Source of the DNA: Felis catus
Lineage: Eukaryota
DNA: 64,000 nucleotides
Assembly (NCBI RefSeq): GCF_018350175.1
Contig: NC_058383.1
Location: forward strand, 12,526,001 to 12,590,000
Direction of reading: 5' to 3'
In this document: piece by piece, positions 37,110-49,547 of the stretch
Position numbering within the stretch: position 1 is the stretch's first letter
Layout of the letters: the number at the start of each line of letters is the position of its first letter
Notes under the pieces: generated by a model
The model's database searches: none
The model's input: only the letters and a program-made list of their open reading frames with translations
Told to the model about the DNA's origin: nothing
Made by a program: the position numbers and the translations under genes

Positions 37110-37233
37110 TCTTTTCTTTTCTTTTCTTTTTTTTTAACATTTATTTATATTTGAGAGTCAGAGAGAGACAGAGTATGAGCAGGGGAGGGGCAGAGAGAGA
37201 GGGAGACACAGAATCCGGAGAAGGCTCCAGGCT
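37110..37233 (-). mobile_element. 5'-truncated Can-SINE inside a composite insertion
   Basis: Tail and (CT)n present; similarity stops abruptly at GGCTCCAGGCT. Confidence 0.88.
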
Positions 37234-38005
37234 TTCCTTGGAAAAAGAGTCTTTGTAGACATAATTAAGTAAAGGTAGACCATTCACATTTAAAGCGGTT
37301 ATTGATAGAGTTGGGTTACTGCCCCACTTACAACGATTTTAGTGTTTACTAATCATCACATCTGTTTGGAGTTTTTCTTCCTTTTTTTCTACCTTCTCTG
37401 GTTCACTTGAGCATTTAATATGATTTCATCTTATCTGACTCTTCAGCCTATCAATTCTACTCTAAAATAAAAATTAGAGTGGCTTCCCTAGAGTTTCCCA
37501 TATACATTTTTAACTATTCTAAACCCCCCTTCAAATCACACTATACCACTTCTCAGGTAGTACAGGCACCTTGTCACAGAGTGTGCCCAACTTGTCCCTC
37601 ACGTCCTTTATGACATCGCTGGCATTCACCTCCCTCCCCTGAGTGCTGTGCTCATCCCAGTGCTGGACTTCCTCACTCTCAGGCAAGTACACACTCAGCC
37701 TCCAGCAACTCTTCAAAATTGCCATTTAAGTGTCCCCGTTCGTGGCTCGCGTGGCTGGAGGTTCAGATGGACAGGTCTTGACAATGACCCTCTGGGCTTG
37801 CCTTTCTCTCCAGATTTCAAGGGGACAGTGTGCAACCTCAGTTCTCCGAGGGGTCCGAAAGTCATTGATTTTCAGCTTGTGCCACTTTTTCTTGTGGTAA
37901 AGGACAAGAGCGGTGACTTCCAAGCTCCTCCAGTGTCGGGGCTGAGCTACGAGAAGCCTAGCAGATGATTCCACATTACAGAGGTGATAGCTGTGTTTGC
38001 TGGGG

Positions 38006-38234
38006 TTTTTTTTTTCTAATTTTTTTTTAATGTTTATTTATTTTTGAGAGAGAGACAGAGTGTGAGCAGGGGCAGGGGAGGGGCAGAGAGAGAGAGAGAA
38101 AGACAGAAGTCGAAGTGGGCTCAGGCTCTGAGCCGTCAGCACAGAGCCAGACGCGGGGCTCAAACCCACGAGCCGTGAGATCATGACCTGAGCTGAAGTC
38201 GGACGCTGATCCGACTGAGCCACCCAGGCGCCCC
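38006..38234 (-). mobile_element. Can-SINE (Fc2-like)
   Basis: Full antisense SINE; TSD core GTTTGCTGGG on both sides. Confidence 0.95.
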
Positions 38235-39389
38235 GAGTTTGCTGGGTTTTTTTTTTTACAGCATCCAGCACCTTTAGCTCAGTCAGGCGCCATCCAGCTG
38301 GCCAGTTCTGTACTAAAGACAAAAGGCGGTTCCTAACTCAGATGCAAGAGATCGCTCCTTGTTCAGATCTGATCTGAGGAGCCCCTCGGGCACAGTGTTA
38401 CCTGCACAAGGCAAGAACGTGCACGCCCCTGCCCCGTGCTAGCTTACAATCTTAGCGACACTGCTGTGATTGTTCCGGGATGTGGCTGATGCTTTTCCGC
38501 GCACAAACGTCAATCGCCTACCGTCCATACGCAAGCAGGGACTGCAATGCAGGAGCAGAGAATCCCAGAGAATCGCTATTAATTACACTCTCATCCACCC
38601 AACAGCTCACCAGAATTAACCCGCTCTGTCCAGAAAAAAAAAAAAATTAATCAAGGATTTGATTATAACACGGCCTTTTAAAACCCTTAGCAAATTGTTG
38701 GTTTTAAAAAAAAAAAAGAAGAATTCTCATTTTTCCAGAACTCTCTCAGTCTGAGCTCCCCTGCCCGGCAGCACCACACAATGAGAATGATGCTTGTGCT
38801 GATGATCCCGCAGCACTACAGGATTCTGGAGAGCTTTTGAATCATCCAAGAAAGATTAGATTATGTTCAGTAGCGATTTAGCATTAAGTGCATCTTACTT
38901 AGACTGTGTTATACGATCTGACGGTTCACGTGAGGCACAAGGTGACTCTCTTCTTGCCCAGAAGCCAATTCATTTTAGTTCAACTTGAATTACAAAGGTT
39001 TACTAAACACCTAACCGCACACCCTGCACCAAGGGTACCCAGGAAAGGTATTTTCCATCTATTCGGGGAGCTCACAATTTCACGGTGAAGGAAAAACAAA
39101 CAAGCAAATAAAGAAACAAATGAACAAAACAGACCACACACACCTTATAACCCCAGGGCTCAGCGCATGCAAAAAAGGGATTGAATGAATGTTTACTCAA
39201 TGACCCAGAGACAAAGCCTGCCTACAGGCACCCAGACCTGAGCAATCCGGGACTGTGATTGAGCTCAGCCACCGAGGATTCTGAGGAATCTGGCTGTCAA
39301 GAAAGCAGTCAAGAAAGCATCTAGCCACAGGGAAGGAGATGAGAACTTTCAGGAAATGGCAAGAAGTTCGGTATTTCGGGAATACGTGG

Positions 39390-39760
39390 GTGGAAAATAC
39401 CAGGAGATGATGCCAGAAAAGCAAATCACAGAGGGCCTTGAATGTCATGCTGGGAAATCTGGGTGGTTTCCCCGTAGGCCATAGGACGGCGGCAAGAGCT
39501 CTGAGCACGCGTGTTGGGGTCGGCGTGCTTTCGAAAGATCGCTCCAGAAGCACCCGGGAAGGTGGACTGGGGGAGAAGGGGCGATCGGAGACAACGGAGT
39601 CCAGTCGGAAAGCTACCGCACAAGTTTAAGCAAGAGATACGGGACCGGGGTAACGGAAAACGGAAATAGGTACGAGGTTTGGGAGACAGTCTGCAGCCAA
39701 GAGCCAGTAGTGCTTGGCAACTAATTGCACGTGACAGGGACAAGGAGTTGAAGACGGCTC
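39390..39760 (-). mobile_element. L2 fragment
   Basis: ATCACAGAGGGCCTTGAATGTCATGCT..GAAAGATCGCTCCAG..GGTTTGGGAGACAG..CTTGGCAACTAATTG. Confidence 0.65.
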
Positions 39761-39897
39761 CGAAGAGTGTGCAGAAAGAGCTGTGTTCCCCACCCCCACC
39801 CCTACACACCTAGTGACTTAGCAGCTCCCACCAGGATCGGGGGGTGGAGTCTATTCCTCTACCCCTTGAAACTGGTTCCGGCTCCGCCCTGCTTGGG

Positions 39898-39920
39898 CCC
39901 CCCCCCCCCCCCCCCCCCCC
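39898..39920 (+). repeat. Poly-C homopolymer (C23)
   Basis: Direct read. Confidence 0.93.
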
Positions 39921-41049
39921 GAGCCAGAGCCAGGCTGATGTGGGGGAAGAAGACGCTGAAACCGGGTAACTCAGTGTGGGTTCCCCCAGCAACAGGCCTG
40001 CCGCAGAGATTCAAACCTACATAATCCCCTGAGGGGGTGATCTCAGGAAGCACAGGTAGGAGAGCAGGAAGCCCGCAAAGGAAACGTCATCAGGCAACTC
40101 AAGCTTAATCCTGCCGAGCCACTTCGGGAGACACCCCAAGTCCCCCTGCCCCCCGGGGGTGAAGGTCTGTGGGTGTTGCTTGGGGATTGCTGGGGAGGGC
40201 GGCCAGAAGTTCCTACGGCCTGCCTGACACATGGGTGGGGGGCGGGCAGCCTAGATGGCCCCCCGATGGGAAAACTCTCAGACAGCCACCCAGGGTGCTT
40301 TCATTTAGGGCCACCGTGCCCAGAAACGCCGCAGGCCACGGGAACGTGGGCAACAGCCAACCGTGTCTCTGGCCCCAGGAAAGCGAGGACAGGAGTTCAG
40401 ATGGGGGAGCGGGGCAGGGAGGAGGACAGAAGGGTGGCCGGAGCAAGAAGATACACGGTCCGAAGAAGTAAGGTTGAACTCTGGCTCCATCTGGGGAGTG
40501 CACGCCGGCGTGAACAGAGGAACCCGAGAGGTGGGGGGCCGTGAACCCCCCAAGGGGTGTGAGGCACACGTGTCCACACACGCACGCCGCAGAGTGGAGT
40601 CTGCCATTGGTCTCAGTGTCCTGAGTCCGCAGGCGTGGGCTTACCCACCTGCCTCCCCAGGCGCGTTCTCCCTGACCCCCGCTGTCCCAGCCCAACCCAC
40701 GACTTGCCTCATTGCCGATGTGCTGATCCGCAACGTGCTTCCGCCATGAGGACCAGACTCGTCTTGGTCACTCGGGCTGATACCGCAGAACACCTTACAC
40801 CCAGGGGCTTCGACAATAATTGCACGTGTCTCTCAGTTCTGAAGAACTGGAGAGTCCAAGATCGAGGTGGCAGCAGACCCAGGGTCTGGAGAGAGCACTG
40901 ATTTTTCTTTGTTTTCAGACAGAAGTTTCCTCCTTGCAGCCTCACGTGGCGGAGGGACCGATTTCCTGTCTCTTTCTCTTCTTCTAAAGGCGTTAATCCC
41001 ATGACGGGGGGGTGGGGGGGGGAACCCACCTTCGTGACCTCATCTAACC

Positions 41050-41617
41050 TGTTAAAAAAAACAAGATCCAACCAAGTAAATTTGAAGACTTGAATTGGCT
41101 TTATGAAGCGATTCATCAGTCGGGCCGCATCCCACCCAGCAAGTGGAGAGATGCTCCAAGCAGGTATACGAAACAGAGGGTTTGTAAAGGGCCAGACATT
41201 AGCAGCCAAAGAAAGGATTGCTTCATCGTCCTTTTAGAGTGAGAGGAATGCAAGGTGTTTTTTTTTTAATGTTTACTTATTTTTGAGAGAAGGGCGGGGA
41301 GGGGCAGAAAGGAAGGGGAACAGAGGATCCCCAGTGGCTTCTGCTCTGACAGCCTTGAACCTGATGCGGAGCTCAAATTCACGAACCTCGAGATGATAAC
41401 CTGAGTCGAAGTCGGATGTTCAACCGACTGAGTCACCGAGGTGACTCTGGGAATGTAGCATATTTGATCCTGCCGATGACCTCACAAGTGCAAGAAAATT
41501 TCAGATGGACTGCCAAAAAGTCTTATTCCTGGGGAGATTGGAGCGGTAATTAAGTCTCGGTTTGCTGTCGTGGAGGGTTAATGACTCCAATTTGGGCTTG
41601 TTTTTTCTTTTCTAACA
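41050..41617 (-). mobile_element. ERV1-type solo LTR
   Basis: Ends TGTTAAAAA...TTTCTAACA (inverted termini); 4-bp TSD AACC/GACC; start resembles antisense MER57-like LTRs. Confidence 0.75.
41258..41447 (-). mobile_element. Can-SINE nested in the solo LTR
   Basis: Poly-T, GGGGAGGGGCAGA..ACCTGAGTCGAAGTCGGATGTTCAACCGACTGAG. Confidence 0.9.
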
Positions 41618-43764
41618 GACCCTAATCTTACCTCCCAAAGGTCCTGCCTCCAAATGCCATCACCCTAGAGACTGGGGTTTCAACATATGAATTTAGGGGA
41701 CCCACACTTCTAGTCCATAATAAGCCCTCTCCTTGAACACCAACCACCTTAGCTGGATCCCTCCCTCCTTACCTAACTCTGGCCAAACCCGTATTTCTGA
41801 AGTCAAGACGCTGCCCTGAAACGTTGGTGCCACTCAGACTCCTGAAGGTGCAATAAATCCTCTATAACCAAAGCCCCACAAAGTCACCCAACTTTGAGAA
41901 ATGTCGCTCTCGGGAGATTCCTCCCGCAGCCACACGGGCCCTGCCTTTGGGGGTTTTTCCAGAAACTAGAGGCAGCTGGATGGAGCCAGAGTTTACCTGA
42001 GTCTCTTAGGCTCTGTCATTTGAGCAGCAGGCTCTCCCTCCCCCATCTCCACACCCTACTGGGACCAGTCCGGCTGTTGGGCTCACCACGTCTAACCTCC
42101 GACGGTCTCCGCCGTGTCCGTCTCCAGTGTGGTCTAGCTGTGCGCTCCTTTGGTTCCTTGGTGCGCTCCTCCATTCCGCCCTGGGTCACCAGCACCCACC
42201 CCGTGCCGTGCCAGGCACCGCTTGGGATTCAGGAGCAAGAGGGCAGAAACCCCTGTCGTCTGGAAAAGGCAGTGCACTTTTGCAGACAACAGGGAGAATG
42301 CACACAACAGCACTTTCTCACTTTCTCACCGCGAGAGCTCTGCAGCTGGCTCCAAGTAATTGCGTCAGGGTCCTTACCCAGCAAAATAAATAAATAAATA
42401 AATAAAAAATAGAAGCCTTTCTCCAACCCAGGATTGCAGGAGACAAAATGAGGGGGGAAACCAGACCTTGACTTGCTAACGCTTCCCAGCCCAGGAGGGG
42501 TTCCCGGCGACACGAGCTGGTAAAGGAGGAGGGGTCCGGCTTCCCAGCGCCCAGAATCTGAGCACAGACGCTCCAGTGGGAGGCTGCTTTCCCGTGGAGA
42601 GGCTCTGGCGAAGCGTTCGCAGCATCAGAGAGCTCTCCAAATGCCCAGTGTGACAAGCAGCCGGGTCTTATCTGAAGCGCCATGTGCTTGGCGTGAAGTC
42701 TGGCGGGGCCTGGTTCACAGGAACCCCTCCCTGAGGGCGGTGGACAAGGGCGTTTGCAGACCTACGTGCTCTTTTAATTGTTTTTTTCTTCTCTCCCCAG
42801 AAAAGCAGAAGTGAAGAGGTTTAGGGGGCCTCAGCCGGGCCCTTTCCCCATTCTCCTGGCGCTCCCACTGGTTCTGAAGCAGCCCTCGTCCCCGCCACTG
42901 TCCAGCAGCCAACGTACGAGGCTCACCGGGGCGGCAGCCAGTGTTTCCAGGCTCCCTTCCCTGGAGACAAAGAGGGCAGTCCCCTGAACAAGCAGGCAGG
43001 CTTTGGCCAGAGATCCTACAGCGGGTTCTAAAGCCACAAGCAACAAGAGAGCCCCCTTCGAGCCTGGGACGAGGGCTGCAGCCAGCCGGGATCCATTCCC
43101 CTTGTAAAGGAGCAGAGCCCAGCCCCTGTAGAGGGGGCTCCGGTCGGCTTATCCTGTCCCTTAAGGTCCTGGATTTCCCCACCTGCCACCTCGGCTCTGA
43201 ACAGTATCATGCTGGATTCACCTACTCCCCATCCCTGGAAAGAGATGTAACAAAGGTTACTGAGTGGCAGTGGAGCTTGTTCCTGGAGAGCAGAGGAATT
43301 TGCAACCCGGGACATGCACGCTTGGGGAAACCAAGGCACGTTTGGAGAACAGAGCGGGAGAGCTGTCCTTCCACAGAGGAAAGGAGGAGCTGGGAGGGAG
43401 GGGTTTGGAACAAAAGCTGATACAGGAGGGAAATGAGAGTTACAGGTGGTGACGGTTTCTCATTGGCTACTAGCTGCTGCAGGGCGGAGAGGAAACCCTT
43501 CTTCCTGCGGGATCCAGGGAGGTGGCTGAGAGATCTCCCTTCCTGGCTTCCCCACTGCCTTGGGAACGAGGTTTCCTTCATTCACATGCACGCAGCGCCA
43601 AACACGGGTGCAATGATGGTCCGCGGGTCCTACCTTCCCTTGAAGATGCCTGCTATGGCACAATGTCTGCGCTGAAGGTCCCGCCACCAAAGACCCAAGT
43701 GGGACTTCTGACTGTAATAGCAAATGCGCTCCTAAGGCCCGGCCTTGCTCCAATCCCTTCTACG

Positions 43765-43900
43765 CTGTAACTCATTTATTCCTCACCAACCCCCAGCGAG
43801 GGGAGTGGGGGCACCTGCCCCGCTCACAGATGTGGGAAATGAAGTGCAGCTCAGTTCTGGGCTTCCCCAATGTCACCAGCTAGCTAGCACGGGGTGGGCG
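43765..43900 (-). mobile_element. MIR
   Basis: AACTCATTTATTCCTCACCAACCCC..CACAGATGTGGGAAATGAAG. Confidence 0.65.
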
Positions 43901-44659
43901 CCCCTCTGCTGTTCCTCATTCCCCAGCGGGGGCTCTGTGCCCTGCACCCCGGGACCGCGAGTGCCAGGGCCCTCACCTTGGACTCTAGTTGCTATGGGTC
44001 TGAGGTCCGCGGAGGGCTCTCGGGATCCCCTTGCTGAGCCCGCAGAGGTCCTGGGATGAAAGGAATTATGTTAAGCGTCAGCATGTTTTTCTTGTTAGAT
44101 CGTCCATGCTTGCCTTTCCGCGCATGCCCATTTCAGTCTCTCCTTTTCCTTTCCAGACCCCAGGAGCCAGAAACAAACACACACAGTCTTCGCATCGATG
44201 TAAATAACCATTGGTTTTATTGAACCCATCTGCTCTGGCTATTGGTTGAAATCACAGCTCTGGAGTGTTCGCCAAGCCCCCCTTGGGCATCAGGTTTAGC
44301 TGCTTTCCTCCCCGGGCACGTCCGCTGTGCTCCCTTCCAGAAGGACCCGCACTGCAGAAGCTGTGGGCTCATTTTCTTGGTATCCTTAGAGCCCAAAGTC
44401 TAGCCGTTTTCTCCTCGCTAACAATCACGTTGTCTCTCTCTCCTCCCTCCTGTCACCCCAAAAAGCTGCTTCCTTCCTCCTAGTCCTGCAGACTGCCCAG
44501 CCCCATCGTTCTGTCCTGAGACCTTAGGTTTGAAGGTAGACAGAGCCAATGCGAGCTGGAGCCACGGCCTCTGGTGCCCGCCAGCCCCACCCTGGCCCCT
44601 GTGCAGCTGTATGTTGCTTCTCCCCTTGAACTGAGCACTTCCCTTGTAAATAACTCTTA

Positions 44660-44850
44660 ACAATTACGGCTCAATGTACCAGGCATTTGTTATGTGATAG
44701 ACGCTGGACGCCTCTGCAAGTTTTGTTTTGTTTACCCTCATAACCACCTCCAGGAAACAGAGGCACGCATAGAGGTGAACCATCTACACAAGATCATACG
44801 GCTGGGAAGAAGAGGGGGCCCCTGGATCTGAACCCCGCAGTCTGGGTCTC
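44660..44850 (-). mobile_element. MIR
   Basis: CCCTCATAACCAC..GGAAACAGAGGCACGCATAGAGGTGAAC..ATCTGAACCCCGCAGTCTG. Confidence 0.7.
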
Positions 44851-45539
44851 GTGTGAAACTTGTGTGGCTGATCCTTCGTCTTCTGGTTGCGTCGCCTTTC
44901 GCTTTCTGGGTTTTGGTGGGTTGTGTTGGCACCTTTTCCTTATTTTCTGTATCCCCAGTGTCGCTCATGATTTGACCCTATGTTACAGTCAGTGGCCTCA
45001 TCCTTACTTCCTCTCCTGCCTCTTGCCCCCTACCTCCAATCAGTCGTCAAGTCCTGTGGATCCATTCCTTTCGGAAATATTTAGTGAGCACCTACTATGT
45101 GCCAAGCACACAGTAGGGGAACGTGATCGATGGAGTCCCATGCAGGGGGTTCTTTCTGTCCAGTCGCTGTGCCTCTTACCCCTATATCTTCTACCCTCTG
45201 CCCTAGCCCTCATTCAGGTGATTTGCACACTCATCGGTGGAATCGCCCCCCACCCCACTCCCCGCGGTGCATTTTGCCTTTCTCTGCACGTGGCTGACAA
45301 ATAAATCTTACATAAGCCCACCTCAGAGCAGGTCTTAGCTAGCGCCTTCGCCCGGAGCTCAGACTCCAATATTCTCTACAAGATAGCATGCCAAATCCCC
45401 AGTTCTGGAGCTCTGGGCTCGCCTAGACCTATTGGTTCCTACTTGTCCAAACATTCTCCCCGCTGCACTCCTGCATTCAGGGAAAAGACAGCATTCCTCG
45501 GCGGGCGACCCGCTCTGAGCCCTCCATTGAGTCACTTCA

Positions 45540-45670
45540 TGTGCTCCCATCGAAATGCACCTTCCCCTGACCTTCCAAATCAAAATCTCCAAAGGTGGGA
45601 TCCAGGAACCTGCCTCTGAACCGTCTCCCTGGTGACCGGCATGCGGTCCACGGTCTGATACCCACTGGCC
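45540..45670 (+). mobile_element. MER5-like fragment
   Basis: AAATCAAAATCTCC..GGTGGGATCCAGGAACCTGCCT..TCCCTGGTGA..GGTCTGATACCCACTG. Confidence 0.6.
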
Positions 45671-45952
45671 TAGGGGACAGTTCGGGAACTACACATCACC
45701 ACTCCCCGCGACCTGGCTGTCCTGCCAGGCCGGGGTTCACTCTGTTCCACACAAGGGACCCACATGCCAACCCTCCCACTAGGTCTTCATCTCCAAATCC
45801 TGCCCGTCCTTCAAGGCCCGTCTCAGGTCCTTCCTATGATTCCCACCCGCCCCTCACCCCCTCTGAAATTGATCCCACTCTCTTCTTTTGCTATTGGAAC
45901 AGTCAGAGGCTCTGGGTGTTTCCGTTGCATTTGCTATTTTTTAGTTGGTTTG

Positions 45953-46170
45953 TTTTTTAATTTTTAAAAAACTTTTATTTATTTTTGAGAGACAGAGACA
46001 GAACGCAAGCAGGGGAGGAGCAGAGAGAGAGGGAGACACGGAATTCAAAGCCGGCTCCAGGCTCCGAGCTGCAAGCACAGAGCCCGACGCGGGGCCCGAA
46101 CCCACGGACCGCGAGCTCCTGACCTGAGCCAAAGTCGGCCACTCAACCAACCGAGCCACCCAGGTGCCCC
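45953..46170 (-). mobile_element. Can-SINE (Fc2-like)
   Basis: Full antisense SINE ending CCACCCAGGTGCCCC. Confidence 0.95.
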
Positions 46171-46239
46171 TATGTTATTGTTATGTATGTGCTCTTAGCA
46201 CATACTTAGCTCCAGGATAAGACTGTACACATTTCAAAG

Positions 46240-46802
46240 AGCTATCTCTTAATCACCTGACCAGGATGTCCCAACACAGCAGCCAAACAATCTTTAAAAA
46301 TGTCTCGGTATGTCACTCTTTTGCTCAAAACCCTCCAATGGCTCCTCGTGGCATTGGGAGTGAAAGTCACAACTCCTGTGATGCCCCTTAAGGCCCCGTG
46401 TGGTTTGGTCCCCTTTACCTCTGTGACCTCCCCGCCCACCACTTGCCACCTGCCAGACCTCCAGCATGCTCCTGCCTCAGGGCCTTTGCACCGGCTGTTG
46501 AATCTGCCTAAATGCCCTAACTCGGTATAGCAGTGGCCTACTTCCCTACCTCCTTTTAGAATGCGTTCAAGTGTCACTTTCTCAAAGTGACTCCTACACT
46601 CTTGTTACTCTGCTATACTTTATATTTTGTCCATTTGCTATAAGTGGATTCATTTAAGATATTGACTGCTTCTTATCGTCACCCTCCACTGTGCTGCAGC
46701 TCCTGGTGAGTCTTCATTTTGCTCACCGCCATATCCCATGCACCCACAACAGGGCCTGGCAAGAGAAGATGCCCAGTGAATATTTGTGGAATGAATGAAT
46801 AA
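46240..46802 (+). mobile_element. L2 3' portion with intact terminus
   Basis: TGTCACTCTTTTGCTCAAAACCCTCCAATGGCTCC..CCTGCCTCAGGGCCTTTGCAC..AATATTTGTGGAATGAATGAAT. Confidence 0.88.
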
Positions 46803-47909
46803 AATAATGAGTTGGAAGTCCTCAGCCCTGGCTTAATGCTTTGCTTATCATAGGTGTTTAATTATTGATTACTGATGGGAAGACTTCAATGCCGATCCAG
46901 TCCACTTTCTGGTGACACCTGCCCAGGACAAACAGGTACAGACCTCAGTCTTTCTGCTTGCATTTTTCGGACCAAACCAGAGTCATGGATGGACACAGTC
47001 AGGAAGAAGGCACGTTCACGGCTTACTTGGCACCCTGTCCTCACGTCCATCCGAGCCAGGAGGTGGGCTTATTTGCTCTCTACCTGCCCCTGCTCTGGGG
47101 ACAATTCTCACCGCAGGCAAGGACCCCAGCTTGCAGCCCTCGGGTTGATCTTGCTTCACATCCCACTCTAACCTTAGCAACCGCACCTGTTGGTGGCTGG
47201 TCTTGACCTTTTGGCCCATTCTCTTGGAGCTGTCTCTTACCCTTTCCTCCAGTCTGCGGCAGCTGCCTCCTGCTGTGCTGTCCCCAGAGCCCGGTTCTGG
47301 GCGTTAATTCCGGTCTTCTGGGTGCCACTCCTGCCCTTCTTTCTTCTTTCCCAGTGCCTGACTCCTGATTCCGTTTGCCTGGCCACTGGTGTCTGAAACA
47401 CCAAGACCCACAGGTCAATAGCTCCCAAAGAGAACCACCAATCTGATTTGCAGTAGGCTCCCTGCGCATGCTTTTGAAGTTCAGGACGCCATAGCTGCCT
47501 GTCCCATCCCAGGCCAGGGCAAGGGCAGGGATGCTGGCCTCCATGTTGCCCACAACTAGGCAGGTATCTAGGTCCTGCCTTTCTTCCTCCGTTTATAATC
47601 AACCAACCACTTGTCTGCTTTCCAGGCTCACCATTCTCTGGTAGCCCTACCTCCCTGGTGTGCTCCTGCATCTAGAATCCCAGCCTTAGCCCCGTCCTGT
47701 GGACTCCGGACTCCTTTGAGTCGGCCTCTCTTTTATTCTGAGTTCTACTGTTATTCGGCACCCAGCATCTCACCACCGCGTGGACTTGGGTCCTGGGAAG
47801 CTGGAGGGAAGTGAGGAAGTGGAAAACGGAGTTGCAGGCCTGGATGGGGCCCACTCCGTGTTTCTCACAAGCCCACGCCAAGAATCGGGACCAGGAACAA
47901 AGAGAGTTT

Positions 47910-48345
47910 TGTGCCCTGGTGGTGGGAATGCAAATCGGTGCAGCCAGTGTGGGAAAGGGGATGGGGGGGTTCCTCAAAAAAATTAAAGAGAGGGGCGCCC
48001 GGGTGGCGCAGTCGGTTAAGCGTCCGACTTCAGCCAGGTCACGATCTCGCGGTCCGTGAGTTCGAGCCCCGCGTCGGGCTCTGGGCTGACGGCTCGGAGC
48101 CTGGAGCCTGTTTCCGATTCTGTGTCTCCCTCTCTCTCTGCCCCTCCCCCGTTCATGCTCTGTCTCTCTCTGTCCCAAAAATGAATAAACGTTGAAAAAA
48201 AAATTAAAAAAAAAAATTAAAGAGAGAATTACCATAGGATCCAGTAATTCCGGTAATTTCCCGGAGAAAATTTCGAATTCGAAAAGATGTACGTGCCGCC
48301 ATGTTCATTGCAACGTCCTTTACACCAGCCAAGAGACGGAAAAAG
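47910..48345 (+). mobile_element. L1 ORF2 3' fragment interrupted by a SINE
   Basis: TGGTGGGAATGCAAAT.GGTGCAGCCA..TTCCTCAAAAAAATTAAA..GAATTACCATAGGATCCAGTAATTCC..ATGTTCATTGCA. Confidence 0.85.
47992..48209 (+). mobile_element. Young felid Can-SINE (SINEC_Fc-like)
   Basis: Near-consensus; TSD AAAAAAATTAAAGAGA at 47976-47991 and 48210-48225. Confidence 0.97.
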
Positions 48346-48454
48346 CCCCCTGGGCTTGAATAAAGAAGGCCGAGGGGACACAAAGAGTCAGCGCTGGGGA
48401 GGAGAGGCAGAGAGAGGCCCGGGCCCTCGGGGTCACGGTGCCGCCTGCATGTAC

Positions 48455-48630
48455 GAGTTTCCTGTTTGCTGCCATTACAAAAAGTACCACTAACGTAGTG
48501 GCTTCAGACAGCAAGGTTTCTCATCTTACAAGTATAGAGATCAGAATTCTGAAATCAGTCTCACCGGCCTAAAGTCAAGGCACCGGCAGAGCTCTGGTTC
48601 CTTCTGGAAGCTCCAAGGGGGAAATCGTTG
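48455..48630 (-). mobile_element. MLT1 LTR fragment
   Basis: GTTTCCTGTTTGCTGCC..AAGTACCACTAACGTAGTGGCTT..CTGAAATCAGTCTCACCGG.CTAAAGTCAAGG. Confidence 0.75.
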
Positions 48631-49244
48631 TTGGTTTGGTTTTGTTTGTTCGTGTAGCGTATTCAGCCTCCCACACCGCCCCAGCTTCCAAAGCCCCCCC
48701 CCCCCCTCACCGTACCATGGGGCCCGCTTATCCCTTCCTAGCTTTACCTGGGAAATCCGTGTCCAGGTGAACCCCCAGGTCGGAGGGGACGCGAGGTCCC
48801 GGGGAATCTATCAGTGAAGGGACCCGTGAGCAGGGACCTCCTGCTCGGGTTTAGGAAAGTCTCCCATGCTCACTTGCATTCCCGCTTTGGAAAACCTTCT
48901 CTGCAAGTACTTCCTCTCCAGTCCCCGCTCTACACTGGTGTCTATGTGATCTGGACGGAAGAGGACGCCAATCAGCCACACCCCTCTTGACACTGCAATG
49001 GAAGGCCTCTCGGAAGAGGTGTTATTTGAAAAGACCCCTGAAGAAGGAGACGAACTATGGGGCCGGGGGGCGGGATGCTCCCAGTTGAGGGAGAAGAAGC
49101 CCAAAGGCTTGAAGAAAGAGCCCAGCAAACTGAAGAAACAGAGGGAGGCCAGCATTACGTGTGACCTTGGCGCCATGAGAGGACTCGGGGGGCGGGGCTT
49201 CTAAGAGAAACGCAGAGCTGACCATCCTATGCGCGGTGACGCGT

Positions 49245-49480
49245 GCGTACCGAGACTTGCGTGTATGGTATCAGATACTGTTTCAGTGCTTTGTTTACAT
49301 CAGTTTAACTCTCAGAATTGTGCGTGAGTAGGTACCCTTCTCCCCGCGTCACAGCTGAGACAACTGAGACACAGAGAGGTTAGGTCAGTTGCCAAACACG
49401 CAGAGCTAACAGGTGGTGGAGGCCGGAACTCGAACCCAGGCCATCTGGTTGCGCAGTCCCTGTTTTAAGCACGGGGGCTG
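49245..49480 (-). mobile_element. MIR
   Basis: CACAGCTGAGACAACTGAGACACAGAGAGGTTAGGTCAGTTGCC..CTCGAACCCAGGCCATCTGG. Confidence 0.85.
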
Positions 49481-49547
49481 TACTTCCTTTCCTGAGGACC
49501 TGACACAAAAAGATCACTCTGGGTGTGCTGGGCGGGGGGAGGCGTGA

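Larger units (their letters stand above)
35770..37960 (-). mobile_element. Ancient L1 (L1MC/MD-like) endonuclease region and upstream part, interrupted by younger insertions
   Basis: Minus-strand translation gives degenerate APE motifs KAGAAMLISH..KADF (about 36054-36011; cf. KAGVAILISDK) and VTAGDVNVPLS (about 35849-35817; cf. GDFNTPLS). Confidence 0.75.
40759..41722 (-). mobile_element. MaLR LTR (MLT1A-like) split by a solo LTR
   Basis: GTCCAAGATCGAGGTGGCAGCAG..GTGACCTCATCTAACC | CTAATCTTACCTCCCAAAGG..CAACATATGAATTT..AGTCCATAA. Confidence 0.85.
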
